The notes under the pieces are model-generated. The model saw nothing but the letters and a program-made list of their open reading frames with translations. It searched no databases and was not told where the DNA came from. Below, piece by piece: positions 17,366-26,044 of a stretch of 27,457 nt of DNA. The DNA is from Armatimonadia bacterium (GTDB lineage: Bacteria; Armatimonadota; Zipacnadia; Zipacnadales; UBA11051). The DNA lies in assembly GCA_039683575.1 (NCBI GenBank), contig JBDKRC010000109.1, positions 1-27,457 on the forward strand. Reading direction: 5' to 3'. Numbering within the stretch: the first letter of the stretch is position 1; every line of letters starts with the position of its first letter. A program made the translations under genes and the position numbers.

Positions 17366-19612
17366 ATGCCCGAACAGCCCTCATCATGGACCAGGCAGGG
17401 GGGAAAACTGCTCCAGCAGGAGCAGAAAATCCGCCTGGTTATCACCACCCTGCTGGTGGTCTTTCTTCTCGCCGGGCGCGGGGCCATTACCGATCTTGCC
17501 TCAGTCTACCTCGCTGTCACCCTCATGGTCGGCAGCCTGCTCATCAGTCTCTTCAGCTCCCGTGACCAAGCCATCGGCCCCCAGCAGTTCCAACTGAATG
17601 CTGTAGCCCTCACCGTCCTGGATCTCGTAGCCGTCACCCTGCTGCTCCGCGGTACCGGGGGGCTGCACAGCGGCTTCTTCTCCCTCTACCTGGTCTCGCT
17701 CATTTTCGCCGCTGCCTTCTTCCGCGGCCTCGAGCTCGCCCTGCTCACCGCCCTCGCCGCTCTGCTCTACATTGGCGTCTCCTATCACTACCTCGCCCTG
17801 GGCCTCAACGCCTGGCATCTCTCCGCCCGGCTGATCGGGATGATCGTCGTTGCCTGGTACGCCTACCTGCTCTCGGGCGTGCTCCATCGTGAGAAAGAAA
17901 ACAACGACCGCCTTCTGCGCCACCTCACCGAGGGCGTCCTGCTCTTCGACAAGGACCAAAAGGTCTCTCTCGTCAATTCCACGCTGCTTGGCCTGCTGAA
18001 CCGCGAAGAGGGCGATATCATCGGGAAAACCCGCGCTGACCTGGCGGCCCAGGACAACGTGATGAGCTGGATCCTCGGTGACGTCGGCTCCGATGCCGAC
18101 GGCTTCCGCACCCGCATCGGCTGTTTCCCCGAAGCCGACCTGCCGTTTACCGAGTGCACCACCATCCCCTGTGGCCTCAAGGAAGACGGCGGCGGCTGGG
18201 TTGTGGTCTGCAAGGACCTCCGCGACCTCAAAGTCGACCCCAAGTCAACTCGCCGCGCCACCTGCGACAAGCTGGCCCCGCTCTCCAACCTTCGCGCCCT
18301 CTCCGAGGCCCTCTACGGCATGGCCGAGTACCTCGACGAGAGCAAGCGCTGGCAGGCGGTCGAGGTCATTGAGAAGCATACCCTGGCCCTGCAGGCGATC
18401 CTCGCCGAGATGCTGCACCGTGGCCAGGACCAGAAGGAAAGCCTCGATCTCGACTTCATAGACGTCTCCAGCCTCCTGGCCAACACCCGCCGCCTGCTTG
18501 AGATCCAACCCGTCGGTGAGGGCCTCGAACTCGAGATCTTCTGCCAGCAGGGTCTGCCGGAGGTCAACGCCGACCGCAGCCGCCTCGGCCAGAGCCTCTT
18601 GCAGATCTGCAAAGCCTTCATGGCTATCGGCAAGCCCGACGACAAGCTCGTCATAGACGTCCGCTCCGCCGAGCGCAAAGTCGTCTTCATGCTCCAACTG
18701 GTCAACAGGCTCAACCCCAGGGCCGTGCCCGAGGCCCTGAGCGAGGCCGAAGCCGCCCAATTCGGCGAGCTTTGCGACCTGCCCATCTTCCGCATCATCG
18801 AGGAGCATCACGGCCGGTGGGAGTGCTCTCCCACGGACGTCAACCGGCGCGTGATCTTCGACCTGCCGATCTCCGGCCCGGCAACCCTGGACGAGACCGT
18901 CCTCTCCGAGGAAGCTGCCGCCGGCGAACGCTCTCCTGCCATGCCCAACAACTGGCCCCTGCAGCCCTCCCTCGCTGCCGAGGTCACCAACCAGCTCAAG
19001 AACACCCTCAACGTCATCCGTGGCTACGCCGAGATGAGCGTCTACTCTGACGACATCGAGCGTCTTCGCGACGCGATGAAGTCAACTATCGATCTCAGCG
19101 ATCAGGCTTCTGAACTGGTGGATGTGCTGCAGCCGTCGACCGGGGAATTCGACCTTGAGGTGAAGCTGCCCGAGGGTGCCGAGGAAGAGGCCGAATCCAT
19201 GGCCATCCCGGAGACGTCGGCGGCAGTCGGCGAGGGTGCCATCCTGGTGGTGGACGACGATGCTGCCATGAGGGGACTGCTGGTTGACCTGCTCCATGCC
19301 GTCGGCTATGAGACCATCGAGGCCAACGACGGCCGCGCTGCTGTCGAACGAATACGCCTCACGCCACCCGCTCTCGCCTTCGTAGACCTCTCCATGCCCC
19401 GCGTCACCGGCGTCGAGGTCATGAAAGAGGCCAGAAAGTACCTCCCCGGCCTCCCGGTGGTGCTGATGACCGGCTACGCCACCCAGGTGGCTGTCGAGGC
19501 CCTCGGCGACGAGAAGCCCTACGCCATCCTGAGCAAGCCCTTCACCATAGATGACGTCCTATCACTTGCCAAGGCGGTAGTAGGCCCTCCCGCCGCTAGA
19601 AACGCCTCATAG
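17366..19612 (+). CDS. Membrane hybrid sensor: TM - PAS - degenerate HisKA/HATPase - second degenerate HisKA - receiver domain
   Basis: ATG 17366 (GAGAGG upstream). About 5-6 TM helices; PAS-like LRHLTEGVLLFDKDQKVSLVN; REC with ILVVDDD, FVDLSMP, LMTGY, LSKPF. Confidence 0.85.
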   Translation: MPEQPSSWTRQGGKLLQQEQKIRLVITTLLVVFLLAGRGAITDLASVYLAVTLMVGSLLISLFSSRDQAIGPQQFQLNAVALTVLDLVAVTLLLRGTGGLHSGFFSLYLVSLIFAAAFFRGLELALLTALAALLYIGVSYHYLALGLNAWHLSARLIGMIVVAWYAYLLSGVLHREKENNDRLLRHLTEGVLLFDKDQKVSLVNSTLLGLLNREEGDIIGKTRADLAAQDNVMSWILGDVGSDADGFRTRIGCFPEADLPFTECTTIPCGLKEDGGGWVVVCKDLRDLKVDPKSTRRATCDKLAPLSNLRALSEALYGMAEYLDESKRWQAVEVIEKHTLALQAILAEMLHRGQDQKESLDLDFIDVSSLLANTRRLLEIQPVGEGLELEIFCQQGLPEVNADRSRLGQSLLQICKAFMAIGKPDDKLVIDVRSAERKVVFMLQLVNRLNPRAVPEALSEAEAAQFGELCDLPIFRIIEEHHGRWECSPTDVNRRVIFDLPISGPATLDETVLSEEAAAGERSPAMPNNWPLQPSLAAEVTNQLKNTLNVIRGYAEMSVYSDDIERLRDAMKSTIDLSDQASELVDVLQPSTGEFDLEVKLPEGAEEEAESMAIPETSAAVGEGAILVVDDDAAMRGLLVDLLHAVGYETIEANDGRAAVERIRLTPPALAFVDLSMPRVTGVEVMKEARKYLPGLPVVLMTGYATQVAVEALGDEKPYAILSKPFTIDDVLSLAKAVVGPPAARNAS

Positions 19613-19624
19613 GCGCTGCCTCTC

Positions 19625-22561
19625 CTACTTCAGCTTCTCAAGCATCTCACCGATCTGTACCCGCACCGCGTCGGCGGCGCCGCGATCCCGCGGCGCCTGC
19701 CAGCGCATATGGTTGACGTTGTACTCGGCGATCGTCGCTCCCGGCGCCGACAGAACCCGGCCCGGCGCCCCCGTCAGCAGCGCCTTCGCCCGCGGCAGCA
19801 GCTTGTGCTTCGGCTCCTGCTTCTCCAACTCGCTGACCCGGTCGCGCAGCAGGCAAAGATACTCAAAGTCCCCGGCGCTCTCCCGGATCGCCTCCATGTG
19901 CTTGCCTGCGGTCACGCTATCCTTGTCCATGAACAGCGGCGTGTATGACGTATCCTGCTGGACATAGGCATTCCAGGAACTCCCGCCGCCATTACTCCCC
20001 AGCGCCCAGAAGAAGCTCCCCTCCCCGCCCAGCTCAAACGCGCTCCACGCCTGCAGCCGATAGTAAGCGTACGGGTCCAGGCTCCGCGTCGGCCCCCAGC
20101 ATGAGTACATGTAGATCCCCTTGCCAGCCTCTTTCTGCCTTTGGTATACCGCCTTCACCGCCTCATTCCTCTCGGCCAGGAGCGACGGCCGGTGCGGGCA
20201 CATATAGCCCACCGCCGCCAGTATCTCCGGGGTGCAGCGCTCCAGCTCCCGCGTGCCGTCGTCCCAGATCGACACCTCCGGCTCCGCCGCTTTGATCGCC
20301 CGCGACCAGGCGATGATCATGCGGTCATCTTCCACGTTCTGAGACTCGTCCACGAGCAGCACAAACAGCTTCTCCGGCCCGATCCCGAGAGTCTTCAGAT
20401 GCGCCACCCAGAACCGTATCCACGTGCCCACCTTCGCTTCGAACAGCGGATCATCAATCTTGAGCTCGCCCCCGGCGTCAACGCGCTTGAACACATGGTA
20501 GCGCCGAGCCTGCGGCCAGTCCTTCACCCAGTTGTCAAAGCTCCCGGTGCGCGGCGGCTTGGTGAACTGCCCCGCCGCATCGAACTCCCCAAACCCCATC
20601 ACGCCCGATGTCGCCCACGGTGAGTCCACAAACCTGCTCTGCAGATGCGCCAGGAATGCCGCCCGATTCTGCGGCGTCACCCCGTACAGGTTGCCATCCG
20701 TGTAGTCCCAGCCGCCCACGTGCAGCCTCGGCTGAGCCGGGAACTGCAGGTCAAACACCCTAACCGTCACCGGCACCCGGAGCGGCTTCGCGGTCGCCCC
20801 CTCAATCACCACCGCCCCCGTGTGCCTGCCCGGCTTCGGGCCCGCCGCAGTGATCGAGAACCACACCTGTCGCGTCATGCCCGCCGGCAGCGCCAGTTCA
20901 TACCGCCCCTCCCGCGCCGTCAGTTCCGGCAAAGCCGCGCCCACGACCACTCCCTCCGGCGTATCGGTCCACGCCACCTCATGCACCCGCACACACTCCG
21001 CCGCCAGCCGTTCCAGCCTCAACTCTGCCGTCAGCGGCTTTGCCGTGCAGTTGGTCAGGTTCAGCGCACAGGCGCGCGTCTCGCCCTGCATCGCCGCAAC
21101 GCTCAGCATCGGCGTCGGTGGCGACGCCGGCAGCTCTGCGGGCGTCAGGTAGTCCCACGGATTGGCCCTCCACGCCACCACAGGCGCCCGCCCCAGAGCC
21201 GCCCGCGCCGTCCCCAGCAGCCCATACACCCGCTCGTGCACAGCATTGAACGGCAGCACCCCGCGGAAAGTGGCTGGGTCAACCACCGGCACTTCCCGAA
21301 TGTCCCCGTCCAGCTTCTCCGCCTGACGCGCCAGCCCCTGGCGCACCGCCGCTGGCAGCTTCTCCTTCTCAATCGCCGTCCGCACCGTCTCCAGGTCCTT
21401 ACCCATGCGGCGCTTGAGGTTCACCATGAAGGGATCGGCGTCGAAATACTCCGGCGCATAGTTGACAGCCTTCCCCGGCAACGCGAACTGCTTGAACGCC
21501 TCGTCCCCGCGGTACACCTCGATCTCGTCCACAAACGTGCAGTTCCCCACCGGCGTGATCAGCAGCTTGACATACCGCCCATGCGTCTTCAGCGCATCGG
21601 TCTGAAAGCGCTGCACCGTGTACGTGCCATCCGGCGCAGGCGGTGTGCTGCTCAGCTTCAGCAGGTCCCCGAGTTCGTGGTAGGCCCGCCCATCCGCGCT
21701 CACCAGCACCCTGATCGCCGCTGGCCACTTCACCCCTGCGATCCCCGCCGCCGAGTTCAGCGACAGCCCTCTGATCGGGTAGTCGTCCCCCAGGTCCAGT
21801 GTAACCACCAGGTCCTGCATCCGCACCCAGCCCACCGTGCTCTTCTGCGTCCAGAAATACCCCACCGTATACTGCCCATCGGTAAGCTGCGTGCTGTCGC
21901 CCGGGTCCGTGCAGTGTGGATACCCCGGCGTGGGCTGCAAGGTATAGGACTTCCCCCGCGCCACGTTTTCGTATGCGAAGCCGCCGCTCTGCTCCGTCCG
22001 CAGCGCCTGCGCCTCCTGCCTGGACACCACCTGCACCTCGTCGAATCCGACCTTGCCTGCCGGAGCCTTGCGTTCCGGCGAGTGCAGCCGCGTCAGATCG
22101 GTCCAAAGCTCAACAACCGCCTCTCCGCCGTTCCCCGTGTTGAACTCAGCAGCGTACTGCCGCCACACCCCCGCCGGCGCCTCACCCACCAGCCGCACCA
22201 GTTCAACCCCTTCCGCCCCCGCCATCCTCAGCCTGACCACCGGCTTGCTGGCCCCGTCAGACTTCATCGCACAAGTCAGCACCAGGTCCGCATGCGCCGG
22301 CAGCGAGAGCGTCTGCGTCACAGGCTGAGCCGCACTCGCCACCGTGGCTGCATACTGCAAGGAATCATTGCCCATACGCCCATCGGCATCCGTGCCATAC
22401 CACCCGCCACCCGCAGGCACACTCCACCCCTCCGGCAGGCGCCCGCTATCGGCTCCCGGCGTAAACCCGCCATTGCGCACCAGCGGCTCAGCAGCAGCCA
22501 GCGCTCCAACCGACAGCACTAACACGATAGCCGCCAGCGTCAGCTTCATACCAAGCTTCAT
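19625..22561 (-). CDS. Secreted multidomain putative glycoside hydrolase (CBM-like + discoidin/F5-8C + GH123/DUF4091-like)
   Basis: Start reassigned to ATG 22561 (GAGAGG SD) with a signal peptide. LVRNGGF CBM-like start; NVARGKSY..LTDG..VTLDLG..FVDEIEVY discoidin; C-terminal EAIRESAGDFEYL. Confidence 0.7.
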   Translation of the reverse strand: MKLGMKLTLAAIVLVLSVGALAAAEPLVRNGGFTPGADSGRLPEGWSVPAGGGWYGTDADGRMGNDSLQYAATVASAAQPVTQTLSLPAHADLVLTCAMKSDGASKPVVRLRMAGAEGVELVRLVGEAPAGVWRQYAAEFNTGNGGEAVVELWTDLTRLHSPERKAPAGKVGFDEVQVVSRQEAQALRTEQSGGFAYENVARGKSYTLQPTPGYPHCTDPGDSTQLTDGQYTVGYFWTQKSTVGWVRMQDLVVTLDLGDDYPIRGLSLNSAAGIAGVKWPAAIRVLVSADGRAYHELGDLLKLSSTPPAPDGTYTVQRFQTDALKTHGRYVKLLITPVGNCTFVDEIEVYRGDEAFKQFALPGKAVNYAPEYFDADPFMVNLKRRMGKDLETVRTAIEKEKLPAAVRQGLARQAEKLDGDIREVPVVDPATFRGVLPFNAVHERVYGLLGTARAALGRAPVVAWRANPWDYLTPAELPASPPTPMLSVAAMQGETRACALNLTNCTAKPLTAELRLERLAAECVRVHEVAWTDTPEGVVVGAALPELTAREGRYELALPAGMTRQVWFSITAAGPKPGRHTGAVVIEGATAKPLRVPVTVRVFDLQFPAQPRLHVGGWDYTDGNLYGVTPQNRAAFLAHLQSRFVDSPWATSGVMGFGEFDAAGQFTKPPRTGSFDNWVKDWPQARRYHVFKRVDAGGELKIDDPLFEAKVGTWIRFWVAHLKTLGIGPEKLFVLLVDESQNVEDDRMIIAWSRAIKAAEPEVSIWDDGTRELERCTPEILAAVGYMCPHRPSLLAERNEAVKAVYQRQKEAGKGIYMYSCWGPTRSLDPYAYYRLQAWSAFELGGEGSFFWALGSNGGGSSWNAYVQQDTSYTPLFMDKDSVTAGKHMEAIRESAGDFEYLCLLRDRVSELEKQEPKHKLLPRAKALLTGAPGRVLSAPGATIAEYNVNHMRWQAPRDRGAADAVRVQIGEMLEKLK

Positions 22562-22603
22562 GGCACGCCTCTCAACATGTGATTGATCCCACTCTCGCAC
22601 CTC

Positions 22604-22631
22604 ATTCCCTGCCTCCCCTCCACCCTCCTGC
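22604..22631 (-). promoter_or_regulatory. Sigma-H-like promoter (GCAGGA-N18-GAAT)
   Basis: Minus strand AGGA 22629-22626, 18 nt, GAAT 22607-22604, 46 nt before the ATG at 22561. Confidence 0.6.
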
Positions 22632-22766
22632 GGCAAAGCAAAAACGGCGACAGACAGTGTCCGTCCCCGTTCACGTTTCACGCCGTTGTTCCCGCGTTCC
22701 CGCCTCACCCGTTCCCGCCGTTCCCCTCCGACTGTTTTCCGTTCTCTGTTCTTCCGTTTTCGCCGT

Positions 22767-24548
22767 TCAGCCCCTAAACCGCCGATCCAACTGCTCCCCG
22801 CTCATGGACACAATAATGGGGTCCCCATGCGGGCACACCGCTGGCGCCTCGGTCTGCATCAGCGCCTCTACCAGCTCCTGCATCTCCCGCTGGCTCAGCG
22901 TCTGGCCCTTCTTGATCGCCGCATGGCAGGCCACCATCGCCAGCAGTTGCTGCCGCCGCTTGCTCTCCACCGACGGCACCTCCCACTGCGCCAGATCCTC
23001 CACCAACTCCCGCACCGCCTCCTCATAGTGTCCCAGGAGCGCCGTAGGCACCGACCGCACCAGCCACGCGTTCGGCCCAAACGGTTCGAACTCAAACCCC
23101 AGCCCCAGCAGCCCCTCCCGCGCCTGCTCCACCGCCGCCGCCTCGTGCGGCGACAGCTCCAGCGTCAGCGGCACTGCCAGAAGCTGCCGCGCCACGCCCT
23201 GCTCCGTCGCCTCCAGGTTGTGCAGTAGCACCCGCTCCGCCGCCCGGTGCTGGTCTATCAGCAGCAGGTCCGCCCCGAGCCGCGCCACGATATACTTGTC
23301 CCCAAGCTGCCCCAGCGCCTCGGGCACCGGTCCCACGACCGGCGGTGGCGCCATCAGCCGCGACTGTGTCGGCCCCTCCTCGCCTTCCTCCTCCGCCACC
23401 GGCGCTTCGAACACATTCAGCCCATCATCCCGCGTGTCGAGACTGTCCGCAAACGGGTTCACCCGCAGCCTCTGGGCCTGCTGACGCTGCAGATCCTCCG
23501 GCGGCGCCCACGTCGCCGCCCCCTCAGGCCGCTGCCGCGCATGGGTCAGCGACCGGAACCCCGCCGCCGCCAGCGCCTCCTCACAAGCCCGCAAAAAAGC
23601 CTGATGCACCCGCGCCGGCGTCCGGAACCGCACCTCGATCTTCGTCGGGTGTACGTTCGGGTCCACTTCCTCGGGCTGCACCTCCAGGTGCACCGCGCAC
23701 ACCGGCAGCTTCCCCGCCGGCAGCAGCATCCCGTAGGCCTCGGTCAGCGCATGGCTAAGCTGCCGGCTGCGCACAAACCGCCGGTTCACAAAGAAATACT
23801 GCTGCTGCCGCGTCGCCCGCGTCAGCCGCGGACCGGAGATATACCCGCTCAAGAGCAACTCCGGCGTCTCCGCCGTCACCGGCAGAAACTCCCGCGCCGC
23901 CGCGCTCCCGTAGATCGCCCCCAGCACCGCCAGCAGGTCACCGCCCCCGGGGCTGGTGAATACCACCGTCCCCTCGCTCACCACCTTGAACGCGATGTCC
24001 GGCCGCGACAGCGCCAGATACTGCACCCACGAGACGCAGTGCCCGCGCTCGGTGGCCGAGGTCGCCAGGAACTTCAACCGCGCGGGCGTATTGAAGAACA
24101 GGTTCGCCACCTCAATGGTGGTCCCCGGTGGGGAGCCCACCGCGTCCGGCCCTTGCAGCACGCCCCCTTCCACCAGCAGCGACGCCCCCTCTGCCGCCTC
24201 ATGCCGCCGGCTGGTCAACCGCAGATGCGCCACCGCCCCGATGCTCGGCAGTGCCTCCCCGCGAAAGCCCATGGTCAGAATGTGGTCGAGGTCCTCAGCC
24301 TCCGCAATCTTGCTGGTCGCAAACCGCTGCACGGCCATCAATAGGTCTTCAGCGGCCATCCCGCAACCGTCGTCCACGACCTTGATCAGCTTCCGTCCGC
24401 CGTCGCGAAGCTCCACCTCAATCCGCGTCGCCCCGGCATCAATGGCATTCTCGACCAGCTCCTTAACCACAGAAGCAGGCCGCTCCACCACCTCTCCGGC
24501 AGCGATACGGTTGGCCAGATTTTCAGGCAAGACACGTATTACAGGCAT
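22767..24548 (-). CDS. mutL: DNA mismatch repair endonuclease MutL
   Basis: NRIAAGEVVERPASVVKELVENAIDAGA, DDGCGM, RFATSKI, TMGFRGEALPSI, LFFNTPARLKFL, VDPNVHPTKIEVRF; C-terminal DQH, ACH and CPHG motifs. Confidence 0.98.
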   Translation of the reverse strand: MPVIRVLPENLANRIAAGEVVERPASVVKELVENAIDAGATRIEVELRDGGRKLIKVVDDGCGMAAEDLLMAVQRFATSKIAEAEDLDHILTMGFRGEALPSIGAVAHLRLTSRRHEAAEGASLLVEGGVLQGPDAVGSPPGTTIEVANLFFNTPARLKFLATSATERGHCVSWVQYLALSRPDIAFKVVSEGTVVFTSPGGGDLLAVLGAIYGSAAAREFLPVTAETPELLLSGYISGPRLTRATRQQQYFFVNRRFVRSRQLSHALTEAYGMLLPAGKLPVCAVHLEVQPEEVDPNVHPTKIEVRFRTPARVHQAFLRACEEALAAAGFRSLTHARQRPEGAATWAPPEDLQRQQAQRLRVNPFADSLDTRDDGLNVFEAPVAEEEGEEGPTQSRLMAPPPVVGPVPEALGQLGDKYIVARLGADLLLIDQHRAAERVLLHNLEATEQGVARQLLAVPLTLELSPHEAAAVEQAREGLLGLGFEFEPFGPNAWLVRSVPTALLGHYEEAVRELVEDLAQWEVPSVESKRRQQLLAMVACHAAIKKGQTLSQREMQELVEALMQTEAPAVCPHGDPIIVSMSGEQLDRRFRG

Positions 24549-24555
24549 GGTTAGT

Positions 24556-24564
24556 AGTATAACA
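24556..24564 (-). promoter_or_regulatory. Extended -10 promoter giving a leaderless mutL transcript
   Basis: Minus strand TGT-TATACT, 7 nt before the ATG at 24548; no SD present. Confidence 0.6.
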
Positions 24565-24646
24565 GTCGTTCGACCCCAAACGGGTCACCGAATCCGGGGC
24601 GTCTTCCGGGCTGTCTCGCCGCCCTCTGCGCCCCCGCGTCGTCCGT

Positions 24647-24751
24647 GCCGTCTCTCTGTGACCCCAACGGGGTCACCGAACATAGCCAGGAGTGAAACCC
24701 CTGGTCCCCGCGCCTCATTCCCCCTTGACCCCAACGGGGTCACCCGCCGTC
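24647..24751 (+). repeat. Triple-hairpin repeat element, copy A (plus a degenerate partial copy at ~24571-24593)
   Basis: TGACCCCAACGGGGTCA-CCGAACATAG-CCAGGAGTGAAACCCCTGG-spacer-TGACCCCAACGGGGTCA-CCCGCCGTC. Confidence 0.9.
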
Positions 24752-24752
24752 T

Positions 24753-25814
24753 CTACCGCACGTACGTCCGCGCCGCCGCCGTGAACTCCGCGTCAGTCGC
24801 CTGGCTCCCAACAAACAACTCCACCTTGATGGTCTCCGGCCCCGTGACCTGCACAATCAACAACCCCGCCGCGGGTTGGGTGGCGCTGAAATACGGGTAC
24901 CGCAACTGGTACGCCACCTTCCCCGTCGCCTCACTAACCTCCGCCGGACGTGGCGCGCCCTCCTGGATCGAGAAGACCTCGCACAACCCGAGCTCGCCGC
25001 CCATGGAGATGCGCACCTGCGCCGGGTGCTGGGGCTCATAGACGAACGACAACTGCCGTTCCCACTCATCCATCCCGGCGCCCTCAGAGAACCACGTGCC
25101 GACCAGTCGTCCGAGCACATCATAATCGATCTTGCCGTCCTTGTTCTCACCATCGCAGCGGACCAGCGCGTACAGGCTGTCGCGCAACGGCTCGGTGAAG
25201 TAGCTCAAAGGCGCGCGACAGTACCGCGTGCTGTCATAGTACCTCTCTGGGTGGATGAAGCCCGGTAGAGAAGAAGAGGTATCCATCACTCCTATGTCCA
25301 TGCCCTTCAGATCCCCCGGAGGTCCACCAGCCGTCCCCAGCGTCTGTCCTGCGGTGACGGCGATAGAGACCTCATTGGAGCCCTCGTGCAGGTTACCCGC
25401 CGCCGCGAGCATCGCCTCACTCAGCACTACATGGTCGAGATAGCTGGATATCTTGGAGGTATGACGGAACGTGAGCTTGTAGTCATACCCCGACGCGTTG
25501 GAGGCCGTCCGCTTGAAGATGCGGGTGATCGTGCTTGTGGCATGGGCATAGATCGGGTACGTCTGGTTGGGGTCGGCGAAGTAGAAGCCAATGTGATCGC
25601 TGGGGTAGGTATGCCCCGGCGGGTTCAGGTTCCCGAGCGGCTGGATATGCAGAACATCGTCAAGGTCCATCGGCGAGTGAGTGAAAGTAACCGTAGTTCC
25701 ATTGTCATCACCGTCATCACTCCCGCCGCCCCCACCCCCACACCCGGCAAGCAGCAAGCTCAGAAGCCCCACGACAGCCAGCAGAACAAACCCAACCCGG
25801 TCAGTACGGCTCAT
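24753..25814 (-). CDS. Lipoprotein, possibly with a degenerate M23/duplicated-hybrid fold
   Basis: Start reassigned to ATG 25814 (GGAGG SD). Lipobox LLLAGC followed by a poly-Gly linker; PLGNLNPPGHTYPSDH, PIYAHATSTI, YLDHV, VTAGQTLGTAG. Confidence 0.75.
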   Translation of the reverse strand: MSRTDRVGFVLLAVVGLLSLLLAGCGGGGGGSDDGDDNGTTVTFTHSPMDLDDVLHIQPLGNLNPPGHTYPSDHIGFYFADPNQTYPIYAHATSTITRIFKRTASNASGYDYKLTFRHTSKISSYLDHVVLSEAMLAAAGNLHEGSNEVSIAVTAGQTLGTAGGPPGDLKGMDIGVMDTSSSLPGFIHPERYYDSTRYCRAPLSYFTEPLRDSLYALVRCDGENKDGKIDYDVLGRLVGTWFSEGAGMDEWERQLSFVYEPQHPAQVRISMGGELGLCEVFSIQEGAPRPAEVSEATGKVAYQLRYPYFSATQPAAGLLIVQVTGPETIKVELFVGSQATDAEFTAAARTYVR

Positions 25815-25957
25815 GGAAAACCCTCCAGTAATCAGATGAGCAACATACATACGGGCGGGACCCATGGCCCACCCGAGCCTTCCTCGTGCAAGCCTCACCG
25901 CCGCGCCCCCGCGTAGGGCCGGACCGTGGTCCGCCTGCGTTACCTGGCCCGGGTGGT

Positions 25958-26044
25958 CAAAATGGGGACGGAGCCTTCGCGCCGGCGGAGGCTTCAGGTG
26001 TTCCACCCAGGTAACATCGGCGCGAAGGCTCCGTCCCCATTTTG
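25958..26044. repeat. Perfect 27-bp inverted repeat with a 33-nt loop (MITE-like)
   Basis: CAAAATGGGGACGGAGCCTTCGCGCCG (25958-25984) and CGGCGCGAAGGCTCCGTCCCCATTTTG (26018-26044). Confidence 0.9.

Noticed and set aside
20645-22522. Long ORFs antisense to or overlapping real genes (e.g. 20645-22522+, 14647-16341-, 9798-11279-, 7767-8852-, 23247-24344+, 23956-25041+)
   Set aside because: Shadow ORFs typical of high-GC DNA: no recognisable motifs, skewed composition, and they overlap well-supported genes.
22680-22766. CsrB/RsmZ-like sRNA
   Set aside because: Only a few true GGA motifs, not presented in hairpin loops, and no dedicated promoter seen.
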